DNA of 64,000 nucleotides from NCBI GenBank assembly GCA_964247055.1, contig OZ176052.1:10230001-10294000 (forward strand), in the 5' to 3' direction. The DNA is from Paragordius varius. Its lineage: Eukaryota > Animalia > Nematomorpha. This document shows, piece after piece, positions 1-14,900 of the stretch (its first letter is position 1; every line of letters begins with the position of its first letter). The position numbers were made by a program, and so were the translations under genes. The notes below the pieces were generated by a model. That model made no database searches, was not told the origin of the DNA, and worked only from the letters and a program-made list of their open reading frames with translations.

Positions 1-210
1 ACAATATATCAAAAAAGAAAGGAAATATTGTTTATTTAACATTTTGTTGCTTTTTCCATTCACTATTGTGTTGCATATTGCTAAATATAGTGTTAAATAA
101 GCAACCATTAAAAAATATATTTTTTTCTAATCACCAACTTTAAAGCAAAAATATTTTTGTAAAAACTATTTGGCAACATTTATGATTAAATATTTTTATC
201 CATGTTTTAG

Positions 211-3200
211 CATTCATTTGTACGGAATCCAAGCCTAAGTAATCGCCTGGGCCGTGATTTATTAGATCGTGTTAATAATCCTTCAAGGAAACAATCAGCA
301 ATACCAACTCAAACTCCAGAACCCAAATCTGATATCCTTACCGGTTCTGGTAAAAATGGTAAATTTTGATGTTAATTTTTTCAGTTTATTTTGGAGATTG
401 TTGATAATTTATATTTTTTAACTTTCAGTAGTACTCAAATCGCGGCCCTAAATTAATTATTTTTATTATTAGTGTAAATATTTGCGAATGTTTTAAACAG
501 TTATAAACTTTCTATCAGTATCATATTGTGCACGACCCTTGCGACAAACGGCCCTTTAACTTTGTTTGGTGACCGTTTGAGGGTGGCTAAAATTCTAATT
601 ATATGTTATTCAGTCGGTTTTTTTCGAATATAAGGAAGTCAAATTTTAAAATATTTGTGGGTAATGCGATGAAACTCTAGCTTGTATTCATGGGAAAATA
701 GTTTTGACAAGACGATTTTTAACTTAGAATGTTGATTGAGGTGGGGGGGAAGCAATATAATAATAACATTTAAAGAGGCAAATAATTCACAGTGTTTTGA
801 TATGTTTATAACCAAATCTTTGCAGAGTGAATAAGAGTTACAATTTTTATTAAAATAAAAGAGAAATTAAATATATTATTATTTGTATTAAATGGTCAAT
901 ATATATATGACTTTTTATCTTATTTCAACAGAATCACTTTCAACTTCAACCCAATTAAATGATCAACCACACCACCAATTAGACCCTAAACAACTAATAG
1001 AAAGTAGAAGTCCCAAATTACGACAACCTATAATGGGTTTACCTCCTAGACCGATGCAATCGCCAGCCCTATATAAAGTTCGACATACCACTACCAATGA
1101 TGTTTCTGAACTAATTGAAAAACAAAATAATCAAACACCAAATAATACCAATTTTAACTCTAGTGATAATTCAATTGTTCATCAAATGAATATTTTACCT
1201 GTCAAAGATTTAAATTCTGCTATAATTGAGGGAAGTAATAAGGAAATTCCCCAAAATAGACACAGTTTTAATGGGAATTGGTGTACTCAGCCAAATGAAA
1301 TAAACAACAATTATAATGGTCAAGTTTTGAAAAATAGTGGTGATATAGTAATACCTGAAATGATGGATAATAAGGTTAATTATTGTTTATATTTAATTTA
1401 AAAGAGATATATCAAATATTGCTAAATTTTGTATACCATTTACAGTTCAAATTCACCCTTGAACAATTCAAATTCACCCTAAAAATAAAATATGTGTTTT
1501 CGAACTAATATAACTCATTATTATTTTAAAATATAACTTTATGGCATAATTAATTATTTTTTTCAGTATTATTTAATTTAAAACAAAATTTTATTTTATA
1601 AAAATATATTAAAATATAGGTAATTTTAATCTTAAAAAACATATTATTTATTTGAGGGCGAATTTGAATTGTTCAAGGGTGAATTTGAATTGTTTAAGGG
1701 TAAATTTGAACTGTAAATGGTATATTATACTAGAATTTAATTCACATTTGAACACTATATATTCATATTTAACCATTTTTAATTTTAATTACTCTCAATT
1801 AAATTCTCCCCTCAATGCTTACAGATTCACCCTTAAACATTTTTGAATGGTTATTTTGATCATATGCTATTTAACACAAATTTTTTTATATAATTGAGAT
1901 TAAATACTTGTGTTGACCATAATTTAACCAATTTTTGCTTTTGCACTTTATTCTCTTTTATTATGATTTATTTCAAATATAAATATTTTTTTAGCTATTC
2001 ATACAGTATTCAAAATCGTAATTTCATAAATGAATATATAATCAAGTTAATAAAGTATTATTAATTATACTCCCAAAAAATTAGTCATTGCAAGATAACA
2101 GTTATGTTAAAATAACTCGACGACTGTTGACTCGAAAATCAGAAAATGTTGTTCCTCAAATGCTAAACCAAACTCAACGAACGAAATCTGAAGCTCAAAG
2201 TTTAATGCTCACCCTTTTTAAAATCTTAAAAATTTTGTTCTTTTTTAGAATATTAAAAATTTTGTAATAAATTATTAAAATATATCTAAATATATTCGAA
2301 ATATTTTATTGTTGGCGTTAGTTTTAATTCCATACATTATAATTTTTAGTTGAAAATTGTTTAAAACATGTGCAATCCTCACCCCTTTTGATCAAACAAA
2401 GTGATTCCAAATCACAAGAGGTTTATTTATATTCAAATATATTTTTTGTAACTATACATTTATTATATCTTTTTTTATAAAATATTTGCATCTATATATA
2501 TTTGTATTTTATATTTAATAGATGCTTTCAATAAGCCAAACTGAACTTAACATAGGCTCATCTAACCTGCATCCATCTAACAAAACCAAGTAATTTATTT
2601 TTCTATTCAAATTCTGTAATGCTCCAATAGTATTGCATATTTTTAAATTCATAGGGGGTTTGTTAACAAATAAAATACATATTTTAACATGTAACAATTT
2701 TAATTATTTTTATTATGTTTTTGGTTATTACTGAAACAGATTTGCTATAAAATCGGCTCAACCATACAATGTACCTATAAATGCTCTTGATAGGTAATAA
2801 TATCAATTAATAATAGATATGGATATAATTTTTAAATTGATTTTTAATAAATAATTATTTATACATTTTAAACCTTATATTAAAGTAAATAAGTTTTGCA
2901 TTTTGTAAATATACGATATACATATATATATATATGTACATATATTTTACAGCTCTATATCGATCTCTTCAACATCTTCCATATTCTCATTCTCCGAAAA
3001 TGACGAATCTCAAAAAGTCATTAAAGCTTTTCCAAGTAACCAAAGTCACCTTAGTAGTATACCTAGTTCACCAAGGTTAGTTATTTTATGCTTTTGTTTG
3101 TTTTTTTAAGAAAACTCGTAACAATTTTATTCATTTCACATCTGTCCTAAAATATTTTAATAATTTACGCTAGTTTTGGATTTTAATTAGTCAAAAAATA

Positions 3201-6200
3201 CAAAACAGTTAGACCGCTTATAAATGTAATCATTCATGATCATAAAGCCATAGTTTTACAAATGTATATGTTGTAACCAAACCAAACAAAATGAAGTTAA
3301 ACCGATTATAATGCTTTTAATGGTGTCAATTATACTGATATTGATAATTTTTTTCCCACATTTTTATATTAAAATGAACTTAATGTAACTTACTTGATAA
3401 ATATGTCTTTGAGCGTTTTTTGACTGATGCTAATTCGTCACTCTCAGGAATGCATTTATAATTTTGGCCAGACCCGACCCTAAGTTGGTCATAGCAATTT
3501 ATTTTCTTCTGTTTATTAGCAGTCTTTCCGAACGTTTGGAAAATCAAAGCCCACAAAATTTATCCATAAAGCAAGATAAAACATTCAATAATGTACATCT
3601 AACCACAAACAATGAAAATGTTATAATTGAGAAAATAAAGAATAAAAATAGTAGCCCATCTCATTTAGCACCGCGAAAAACTAATTTTACACGGCTCTTA
3701 TCATTTTCCAATTATTATACGAATCATTCCTCACCACCTGAAACGCAAACTATTATGCCATCTCAATCAGCCAATATAACAACTTCCTCTATTGGTCCAA
3801 CCGAGGATTTTGCTGTAAGCGAAAACTGTTCAGAATCAATAAATGCTAACCAAAACTCTGTCCCTTCTCTCAACCATGATATAAAAAATAATGAAAACGG
3901 TAATACAAACACAACTAATGTGCTATCAACATTTGATAGTTTTTCAGCTTACTTGCGAAATCATATATCACAAACATCGGCTCACTTGTCCCATGTCATA
4001 GATAAAAAATTGGATAAATTTTATAATCATTGTAATACAAATACTCAACCTAATCACAAAAATGAAGCCTCTCATAATAAAAGCAAACATAGAGATGTTA
4101 ATAGTGTTACTGGTCGATCTTACGAAAATTGGAAGATACCATTAGATGTGAATAATACGTCTACCAACAACAGTGAAAAGTTTCTGCATCATGAAAATAA
4201 AAAACTAGCTTCCATCACGAAAGAAAGGAGTGTTCGATTTAGGCCTTTACCCCTAACCGATGAATCAAAGAGTATGGATAATGAAAAAGGTTAATATTTT
4301 TTGTTTTGAAATTTCGGAGCTTAAAAAATTTCATTTATTCCAATTTTTATCTTGTAAGATTATATATTTTTTTGTTCAATTAAGTTTCTATCATTTTCTT
4401 ACATAATCTCTGTTTTAGAATGTCATGCAAATAAAGCTTCTCCCCCACCTCGCCCTTCACGTTTAGTCAAAAAATTACAATTAGATCATTCATCTCTTCC
4501 CGATAATCAATCACCTTTGAAACAAATTATTCCCCTTACGAATGGACATACACGTTTTCTTTAATATGATTTTTGCAATATTAATTGCATTAAAGAAATA
4601 TAATTTAATTGATAAATATTGCTAGTTTTATCGGCCAATTTTATATATGAACATACACTTTATAAGGATAATTAAATTTTATAACATAAGTATTATATTC
4701 AGAGTTAAAACAGCTTTTTATTCAAAGAACATATATTTAAATTTCGAATTTTATAGCAAAGAATATAGCTTCACACCCTCATAAGGTTAAGGATTTGATT
4801 AAAACTTTTGAGAATACTCGAGTCGAGAGCTCGCCCCAAACCGCCGAAAGAAAAAGTGGCGGTATAATAATTACCACTGAGAATGATTGGGATGATGAAT
4901 TTAACGAAGAAAATGGTTATTTATCTGGTAAATTTGGCAGTTATTTTTATAATAAATATTTAATTAATTTTATATATTTTTTTAATGATAACAACTGTAG
5001 CAGAGGATAAGGGCTTTGCCTGTGAGCACACTACAAACACGATTATATATCCATCTCGCGATAACAATAAAAGCTTTCAGAATCACAAATTATTATGGAA
5101 CCTAAAGACCGATGATAACGAATCCTCGATTAATAACTGTTCAAAATTAACAGCTCTTTCCAACAATATACTTCCATCAGGATCTGATGGAGTTTGGATC
5201 AAACACGATATGAAACAAGAAAATCAAGAGTTCAATAATATTGATAAATTTAATGGTTTACCCTCACAAGAAAATGACAAGACTAGAGAGTCGAATGCTG
5301 AAAATAAGCAAATTACTATTCCGGTACCACCACCCCGTAAACGCAAACACAAAGTAAAAATATTAAGTTTTAAAAGTTATTCAAAAAGGTGGATGCATAA
5401 TTTACAGTAAGGTATAAAAAGTCTAAGCGGAAAATATTTAAAGTAAAAGATTTTAATTAGAGCGCAATAGCCAAAGAACTTATAAAGCCAATATGACTAG
5501 TGTTTTAAAAATGGTCTCCCAAATTAAAACTTAATGATCCCTTAACCCTGTTGACAACCATACTCATATTAGTTATCCAGAAAATTTAAGGAAACAAGAA
5601 TTATTTTTTATTTTTTTTTCATTTTTATATTTAAAATCCTAAACTTAATATAACTACTCTACGATATGTGAAACCCTTTCGTCAATAGTTATCACAGATC
5701 GTGCTTGTTCGCACTCATCAGTACGACTCACACAACTATTTGACTTGGGGTTTTCACATATCGATTTCGTATATATATATATATATATCAAATTTTGCAA
5801 TTTTGGTATAAATGCCGGTTATACTAATTTAAATTAAATAATTGACATCATAAAAATTAAACTGAAAATTAACACTAGGTTTAACCCTAGAATCAGAGAA
5901 TACTTAGGTATTTCATATAATTTTCTATTTAATTTTCCATTTAATTTTCCTTTATCATTATCTTACGAATTTAACAACTGTTATTACAAAACATAATCAA
6001 TCCGTCATTTACCATTACAATATCATCTTTATCTTATATATTAACATAACTTCTTTAGATATTTTTATTTAACCATATATAATCTCATTCATTTTTAGCA
6101 CATGACCGCAGTTGAATCATTTTGTTCCCTTGATGTTACTACATCTCAACTCAATGATAGTGTTTCATTATCTGCTAAATCAATTTTGTTGTGCAATGGC

Positions 6201-9200
6201 TTACCACCCACACCCAAAGTCCTTATGGGCGCCTGTTTTTCCAAAATATTTAATGGTTGTACATTTACTTTTACATGCTCTGCCTCTTGGATTCACCCAG
6301 AAACTAGAGGTTTGATCTATTAATATCTGCTAATAATTTTGTTTGGTTTATATATTATTTTTAATTCACTACATCAGATATTAGCATAAGTTAGTTTTAA
6401 TTATAGGAAAATGTCCTTTTTTCATATATCCAAATGTATCGAATGATGTTTGCCTATAAGTTCCATGGTTTTAGCATAACTGTATTTGCGTAAATTTATA
6501 TCATCACGTAATTTTGTGCTCTTATCTGTTATAGTTAAAAAATTTACTTTGGACGATGCTGTTACAATAAATAAACATATTTTTCTCCGTTTTTATTTTA
6601 ATATAGATCAATACATAATTTTGGGTGGAAATGAAGGAATATATACCTTGAATCTCAATCAATTACATGAAACTCAATTTGATATTTTACATGATCGCCC
6701 TTGTTGCACGTGGCTAAGCGTAGTTAATAATGTCCTAATGTCCATTTCGGGTTTTTTTTAATTAATTATTTTTTTGAAAAATTGATTATTAAATAAAATA
6801 TTTTGGTATTTATATCTATTTTTATGCACAAATTTTATATTATTGGGGGGTGATATTTAACTTTTTTATCATATGAATTTTTATTTTTTTTGTAAAAAAT
6901 TATCATTTCAAATATATTTAATTGATTTTTAATGTATATTGTATTACTTCAAAAATTATTTTATGTTTTTGTACTAATTAGGTAAGACGGCAACCCATTT
7001 GTTTAGACACGATTTGCTCATGTTAATCAATAGAACAGGGAATCGTTTCTCTCTTCCAATGACAAAATTACCTGAAAAACTATTTGCCAAGTATATTTAT
7101 CTATGTATAATCAAAATTTTGAACACTATATCACAAAACGCCGAATGTTTAACACAAATTTATTAGTACCATATTTTTTAATATATATATATATATTGTA
7201 TGATAAAAATTTTGAATGCTTCTAAACAAATGTTATACTTTGTTTTAACTCATTTTGATCTTATAATGTATGTATATTTTTAAATCTTATAAAAAATCTT
7301 ATAGTTTTTACAGTATAATATAAGAAAGTAAAAAAACGTTGCGTTCAAAGGCAACGGTTTCATATCTTAATCGATTTACCTATTAGTTTGGCACAGAAAT
7401 TACTATTGCATTGATTGAATTTTAGTGCATAATATTGTATATAGAAAATTCAATAATCCATCTACCAAAGTCTCAAACACACGAGGAGTTTATAAATGTA
7501 GTATTGCTACGAATCCGTACAATGAAAACATTTATTTATGCCTTGCAACACCACACCTCATAACACTCATGCAATGGTACGATCCTATGAATAAATTCAT
7601 GTTAATCAAGGTGATTATTTTTTTTCTTTTTTTAAATGTTAGGCATATATGGTATTGATTGTTGTTGAGATTAAAAAAATTATGTTCTGGTATGTATCGG
7701 TTATCTATATCGTATAAAGCAACTCATTAAAACATATTTTTTTATACTATTGATTAATTTTTGAGATCATATGTGGGCGATATCATGTCCTATATTGAAT
7801 TTTCAAAATATAATTTAAACTGATTATAATCTTAAGATTATATGTCAAACGCTTATGGATAGAATCAGTTTTTCATTTTTTAAAATAAATTTTTAATAAC
7901 AATAGATTATTATGAATTCAGAAAAATAAGTTTTATTTTTATTATAATACTTTTTTTGTAATTTAGAATTTTCCTTGCCAATTAACGCCTTCGGTAAAAT
8001 TATTTGAACTCATTGTGATACCCGAAATGGAATATCCTTTTGTGTGTGTTGATGTACGCACCAGGTATTTTGGCCTTATCATATTTAAAATTTATTTATT
8101 TTATTTGGGCAAGATGTTTTATAATAAAATCATCTTATATTTTTACTAGAGTAAATCTCGTGCTGCTACGCAGTCCGAGGAAGTCCTTCGGACTTCTGGA
8201 GGGGGGGGGGGGCTATTTAAAAAAAGGGACAATAAAATGATCCACATACGTTATTTCGAAACATTATTTAATAGCTATGATCTCATAAGAATATTAGAAC
8301 GGTGCATTCATACTTTTTACTTTGGAGAAAAATAGATTCAAAAATTATTTTTGTATACTTTGTTTTTTTGACAAAAATGACATATTACGGAGGGGGCGAA
8401 AAAGAGGGCCTAAATTAAATAAGCGATCCGACTATGTTCGGCGCAATCGAAAATAAGTAAACACAAATCGCATTTGAAATTGAATGGTCCAACACGTTCT
8501 CCGGAAAATTGTCTCAAAGACACGATTTTTGTGGACTTCTGTTTAAATAAAAACATTTTTCACACGGGGTAGACCCGAACTTGGGGCCTATTTTTAAAAA
8601 AGGGCGAAGCTATTGTCGGGGCATTCATTAATAATTATATTTTTTTGATATTTGGATTTGAATGGGTCTACCGGTTTTCCGGTATCAGATCACAAAGCCA
8701 GAATTTTCCATTTTTTATATATATTACTTTTCACCTATTTTTTATATTCAGAATTGAAGATAACATCTCAAGTACAACAGAAGAAGATGAAAAATTGTCC
8801 ATAAATATGGTTGATCTCAACGCTAGTCCAATGTGGTTTACTGGTAAGTGTGCTAATTTTATTTTTTAATTATAAGCTTATATTAATATTATTAAAAGAT
8901 TAAACTTAATCATGGTGTTTATTGAACATAAATCTTTATTAACTTTTGAAATTTATTATTTCAGATTCTTTAAATTAAACTGTAAACGTATAGGATATAT
9001 ATATAAGCGCTTTAGAAATACTGTCTATTTTAACAAATTTTTACTAAGAATCTATAAATATTTCTATCATAATCTTTACCAATAATTAACCATTTTATCA
9101 GTGTATATTAGCTATAAAAAATGTAAATTTATGATTGTATTCTCTTATTAGATAAATTGAATGATGGTGAACAGCGCATAAACATAACACACATGACGCA

Positions 9201-10518
9201 ATTGGATAAAGAAACTTTACTTTTATGTTATGATCGTAAGTTCATTCATTTTTATGGACAGTTATATTTTATACATTAGTATAATTTAATTTTATTCAGT
9301 AAATTTATTAATAACTGTAAATTAATATATTACAATTTGATAAAAAAAAATGTACGATGAAAATTTAATATACACAGATATATCTTTACATCAATAGGAA
9401 AAGTTAAAATACTTAATTTACGGAGTCGTAAAGAAGAAAATATATCATCGCCACAAAGCTCACCATTACATGATGATAACGTTTGTGGAGATTTGCATTC
9501 ATATGAAACCGACAACATCATTGAATCTGGTCAAACAGAATTGATATATCCACACAACTTAACACTTTTATTTGATTTTGATATAACGGCAATCGGTTAA
9601 TTTTATCAATTTTCAACATTTAAAACTGAATATGTGGCTGGCTAGTAGTATAAAAAAAATGTGTACAATATTTAATCCTAGTTAGGTTTGAGTAGGCCAG
9701 GTGACCGATTCCAATAAGAAGCTGTCAATTTTTTTACTATACATAAGTAGGTTCTATTTTTGACCGGTCTGAACCCAACCCTAACCATTTTAAATTTTTG
9801 AATTGAATTTTTTGATGATATTGTGATAATTCCTCATTTTATTAAATGTAGTTTGTCTGTCTGATAGCGTGTTGGCTTTTCACGAACATGGCATGCAAGG
9901 AAAGAGTTTTTTCCGTAATCATGAAGTAATTATGAAATAACAACACTTGGCAAATCTTTTTTAAATATTACATACAGTTAAAAGAAATATAAAAAGTATT
10001 TTTTTCTTCCAACCCACAACGATCGGTTACGTCAAACAAATCAAGATTTTAAATTATAGTTTTCTTAAACATAATCTATTTTAATATCCCACAATCGTAA
10101 TCATATATAGGCTTTTAATGTAAAGTAAAGGATAAAAAATGAGGGTTATCTTTATAAAATATTACCTTATTATATTGTCTTTATAATTTTACATTCACCA
10201 GTCTTGTATTTCAAAGCAAAAACTTTTTGAATAATTTTAGTCGAATAACTAAATTTAATTATTTCTAACAATTTCAGAGTAAATATTAATCAAATCACTT
10301 AACCATAATATTTATAACACCCTGAAAGTAATTGTATATGAAATTCAATCCCTATTTAGGTAACGCAAGATATTAAAGATGTGTCCAAGAGTTATCGTAT
10401 TTTCAGCTCAAATAATGACAAATACGTTGTGTTGGAGAGTGAACCCTCTTTAACTGGTCCAACTAGTTCCCTAAATAGAAATCTTTATGTCTTAACTGGT
10501 CATCAAGAATGTACTTAA
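211..10518 (+). CDS. MAP4K3: MAP4K3/5-like (GCK-I, happyhour-like) Ste20 kinase, 3' part: kinase tail, long linker, CNH domain; 5' exons lie upstream of the window
   Basis: Exons in continuous frame: 211-358, 932-1374, 2085-2199, 2350-2420, 2522-2589, 2740-2793, 2953-3075, 3520-4289, 4419-4553, 4757-4927, 5001-5353, 6099-6309, 6607-6750, 6982-7090, 7445-7610, 7967-8064, 8752-8843, 9152-9235, 9398-9595, 9852-9925, 10360-10518(TAA). Motifs [82 protein letters not shown] and [10 protein letters not shown] match MAP4K3/5. Linker exon boundaries are less certain. The symbol is family-level (MAP4K3/5 co-orthologue). Confidence 0.92.
1432..1724. mobile_element. Foldback MITE, TA-flanked, with 21-bp tandem subterminal repeats
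   Basis: TATACCATTTACAGTTCAAATTCACCCTTGAACAATTCAAATTCACCCT at left and its reverse complement at 1652-1724. Degenerate extra units continue to ~1850. Confidence 0.75.
8146..8724 (-). mobile_element. Non-autonomous Helitron, short copy (~580 bp), in a MAP4K intron
   Basis: On the minus strand it ends ...GCGTAGCAGCACGAGATTTACTCTAG|T with an upstream hairpin GAAGTCC-GAA-GGACTTC. Body is homologous to the copies at 36333 and 40461. 5' end degenerate. Confidence 0.75.
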
Positions 10519-11994
10519 ATAAATACTACGCATTAATTTTTTGTTACATCGCATAATATTAATTTGCAAATTTAATTATAAATCTTTTTGAAAATATATC
10601 TGCATTTATATTATTTTATATGCGAAATTCTTTCTTATGATATCTAGATATGTTGCATTGTAAATATATTTTTCATTATAATCTGAGACCATATTTTTAT
10701 TGTATTTAAAAAATTGTGTGGCCATTTATAAACCCGTTCCTAGTATTATATTATTATCACATTTCTTAGTTATATACCATCCTTTTTTCCTATATATCCA
10801 CTTTACCCATGTCAAAATATAATTAAACCAATAAATATATTTTAAATATCAATTATTTTTATAAGTGTTTAATATCTGATGAAATCTGTGCTAAGAATGT
10901 ATTTAAGAGTTTTTCTTACTGTGAGTTATTAAAAAAGTAAAAGTATATAGAGTTTTTTTGGGTTAAGCGGTTTTTTTTAATAAATAAGTTGTTTTTTGTT
11001 GAATATTAATGAGTTTGGAGACAATAACAAAATAATGTTTCCCAATTAGTTCATTGGAAATGATTGTATTGTGGATAAATGAAATATTTTTACATACAAC
11101 ATAACAGCCAATATACATCCATCGAATTTTTGTGACAATCCTATTCAAAACTCTTAACACTAAAATATTATCCAGACTCGCAATATTAATAAAATATTTC
11201 CGCTGTATTGAATCGTGATTGATTAACGAATATCCTATGAATATTGTGTATAGTTTATTAATATAAAAGAATTATTCATGATCTGTGTGTGGTTGATCAC
11301 AAATGAGTTCTGCATACAAATAAATTTAATGAAATGAAAATTACATTACATATATATATATAAACGTTACATACATACTTAACTGATTAACCATTATTAA
11401 TGAAATAATAATATTGGGAAAAAAATTTGTTCCATTTAACAATAATTTTTAAATCTTCTGTTATTTTTGAATATGAAAAAACTCTATGGGAAAAACAGAT
11501 TATTAATTGGAATCTATTGTATAAATATGAACCCTATAATATAATGTAATGTTTTATTTATAATAACATAAGTTATGTGGTATTTTTTAAAATAAAATGA
11601 AAATATATAAATATATTATTTTGAATACTAAAGGGAAGAAATTCGATTGGGGATTGGGATTATATGTAGGATATATTATCAACATAAGAATATATAAAGT
11701 TGTGCATTGTTATGCACAAAAGAAATAGGATGTATTTATTTTATTGATTTTTGTTTCCTTTTGTAACAATATATTTTAAAGTATATTAAGGCTGCTGTCT
11801 GTATACAGCACACAGAGCGAGTATTTTAGTCATTTTCTTATTTATTATTAACTACTAGCTAACCGTTAAAAAGGTAGCGGAATATTATGTTTTTCCTTTT
11901 CCTAAAAAATCATTAATTTTTCCATCATGGTCATGTCTAAGCATAGCATCTAATGAAGTCATAAATATTAAACCATAATTTATATTCGTTGACA

Positions 11995-14900
11995 ATGGAT
12001 TTGGGGGCCTATGTCCTACTTTTGATTGAAACGAAGGATAAAAAAATTAAATTATACGGTATTTCCTATCTATTTAATCATATCTTAATATATTTGATTT
12101 AAGCAACTAAATATTTTTTTATATAGGTTCACCAGCCGATAAAAATAATTTGGAAATCGGCGATGAAGTATTAGAAATAAATGGTAAATCCTTGGATAAT
12201 TGTACCCATGATGAGGCTATCGCATATATACATAAGGTAATTTTATGCATTGCTTGTGGATTATTAATTTTAAACATATGTGAATAAATATACCTGGCGT
12301 TTTTAGGTGCTATACCAATCCAGTATTTTAAATCAAATTTAAGAAGCATTGTTATTAATTAATTATCCCTAACATTGATTTTTAACCAAATATTCTCATC
12401 CCTATAATTCCTATATATAGTGTATACGATCCAAAACAATTTGTCTGAAAGTCAAACGCAAATCGGATTCAGGTTTCTCTATTTTAAATAGTTTAAATTT
12501 TATCTTACTTCCTCCCAAGAAATCTATTATATTTTAGATATATATCCTAATTTAATCTAAATAGGTTGACTATGAAAGATAAAACCTTTCTTATCTATCC
12601 AAATTTAATATTGTCGTTTTAAACAATACATTTACTATGTTTCATAGATCTTGATGCACTTAATGATATCACGGATGCATATGCCATTGCGGTTGAAAAG
12701 AAGGCTAAGGAGCGCCTTGAGAAATTAGCGGCTAAACATAATTTTTGTCCGCTGGATATGACCAGATTGTCCAGTACATCGCTCACTAATATTTCATCTG
12801 CATCCACACCAACCATTGTTACAACTTATTCACCTTCTATTAGTCTTAAATCGTCTGCCCTTTCTAATTCGACAGTTTCAACCTTCCAAAATGGTTTTAT
12901 TCCCTCAACTGTTTTAAATAAAGCAACGTCTATTCCATACGCCAACGGAAACTTAGTAACATCCTTAGGTAAATATATATTTTGGCTTAAATATTTTACT
13001 TTTTGGGATACCTTTTTTATCCCGAAAAAATTCTAAATTTGATTATCTTTAATATTACGACGATATTGTTAATCAATTGTAAAAATCCTTTTCCTAAACC
13101 TTTTCGTGCTATATATTTAGGATATTTGTGTCTAAAAATTGCACATATAAATTTATTACAAAATATTCGATTTCTTTAAATTTTACACTTTAAATTATTA
13201 ATTTTAAAATCAATAGTCTTTATAAGATATCTAAATTTTAGACTATTTTTGAATGGCAAAATGTTTAAAGTTCAGATTTTAGCAAAAAGATTTATGTTTT
13301 TACAAAATTAAAACCCCTAGAGCAAGAAGTATCCCAAAATGTCTTCTTTCATACTTATATCAAATAAAGTGTTAATCCTCATTTATTTTAGTTATGGATT
13401 ATTTAATCTATAGACCACAATTTTTATATAAAATAATGAAACAAATTTCTTTGGATAACGCTCAAACGTTTTTAGAAAAAAATGGATTAAAAGCCCATAA
13501 ATTATAAATAATGCCAATCTTACCATAAAAGTATATCCATAAAATAATTGAAATTTAAATCTAATCAGTCTGCTACTATTAGTTTTATCAATCTCATTTG
13601 TCATTCACATAATTTATTTATATGGGAATAATGAGAGATATCAATTTTTTACCTTGATTGGATTGCAGCTTTTTCTCAAAATTTTTCATTAAATTAATTA
13701 CTAGATAGATGTATGCCTGCTTTCAATTGCAATCTATAAAATTTTTAATCAATCAAATAAACCATCAATCTTGATTTATATATATATGTTTCAGCAAAAT
13801 ATTTTTCCCTTCATAATGTTAAGTTGACAAATTTATAAATCAAATTTTATGAAAGAATAATAAGGCTAGAAGAATGTTATATTAAGTTTAATAATTTGTA
13901 AAATTTATAAACATATTTTTTATATAGACACTACTGGTAAAACATCCAAAACTGAAAGTGTTATTTGCTCTGTTGTCCGAAATAACATTATTACACCTTC
14001 ATCGATTTATACCATTGCAGGCCTTACCAAAGAAGAACAAGATAATTTGGTAATAATAAATTTAAACTTGATACATTTTTACTTGACGATACCTTGTTAA
14101 AATTGCTTTATATATGGGGTTTTCATACGAGGAAAATTTAATTACTTCGATGACACTGGTCATAATTTTAGTTTTAATTATCTTTTTTTTAATTTGTCGC
14201 TTTTAGTAGTGGTTGTAAATTTTAGAGAAAAAAGTCATTTTTGATTTTCTCTATGGATAATACTTTATAGTTTATAAATTTAACTTTTTAACTAACTAAG
14301 TTTAGCAATTTAACTTTTTTTATCTATAATGAAATTTATACTAAACACCTCTTCAGTTTACAACTTTTAAGCATTTAATCCCTTGTTAACAAACCATAAA
14401 AATTATCAAATTTTTCATACAATCGACATGAATGTCAATTCTCGTGCGCTCAATAGGTCCTATGCATTTAATATTTATTATCTACTCTAGTTATAGTATA
14501 AGATCTCGTTTAATATCTTGGTTAAGATTTTATTTATTTCTGCATATATTTATTATATATGTATGTCTGTTTAACGAAAAGAAAAAGAGAGGACATGTAA
14601 AAATTCTCACCTTTTCTGTACATTTTCTTTAACAAATTTAAAAATCGCACCTTTTGCCTAAAAATACCTAGTTTAGAGTAATGAAGGAAACGAAAAGTGA
14701 AAAATAAGTACAAACTTCGTCCATCATATATGCATTTTAAAATGATGTATTACAAAATGTAAAGGTGGTGTATTTCATATTTTTTTCCAAAGATAAAATG
14801 AAAAAAAGTTTTTGACAAAATATATTTTATATACATACATGTATATATATGTACAATTATATAATTTATGTCATTTGCTATGTCTTTTTAGTATGGTGAG

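Noticed and set aside
1652-1846. ORF with repeating LNCxRVN heptads (also SSWSLNN repeats in ORFs 24991 and 25333)
   Set aside because: These are translations of the 21-bp MITE subterminal repeats.
5660-5770. Small inverted repeat (cgatatgtgaaaccc ... gggttttcacatatcg); similar weak ones at 9679-9786 and 35302-35347
   Set aside because: Too short and single-copy in the window to classify as MITE or ncRNA; no tRNA or snRNA hallmarks seen.
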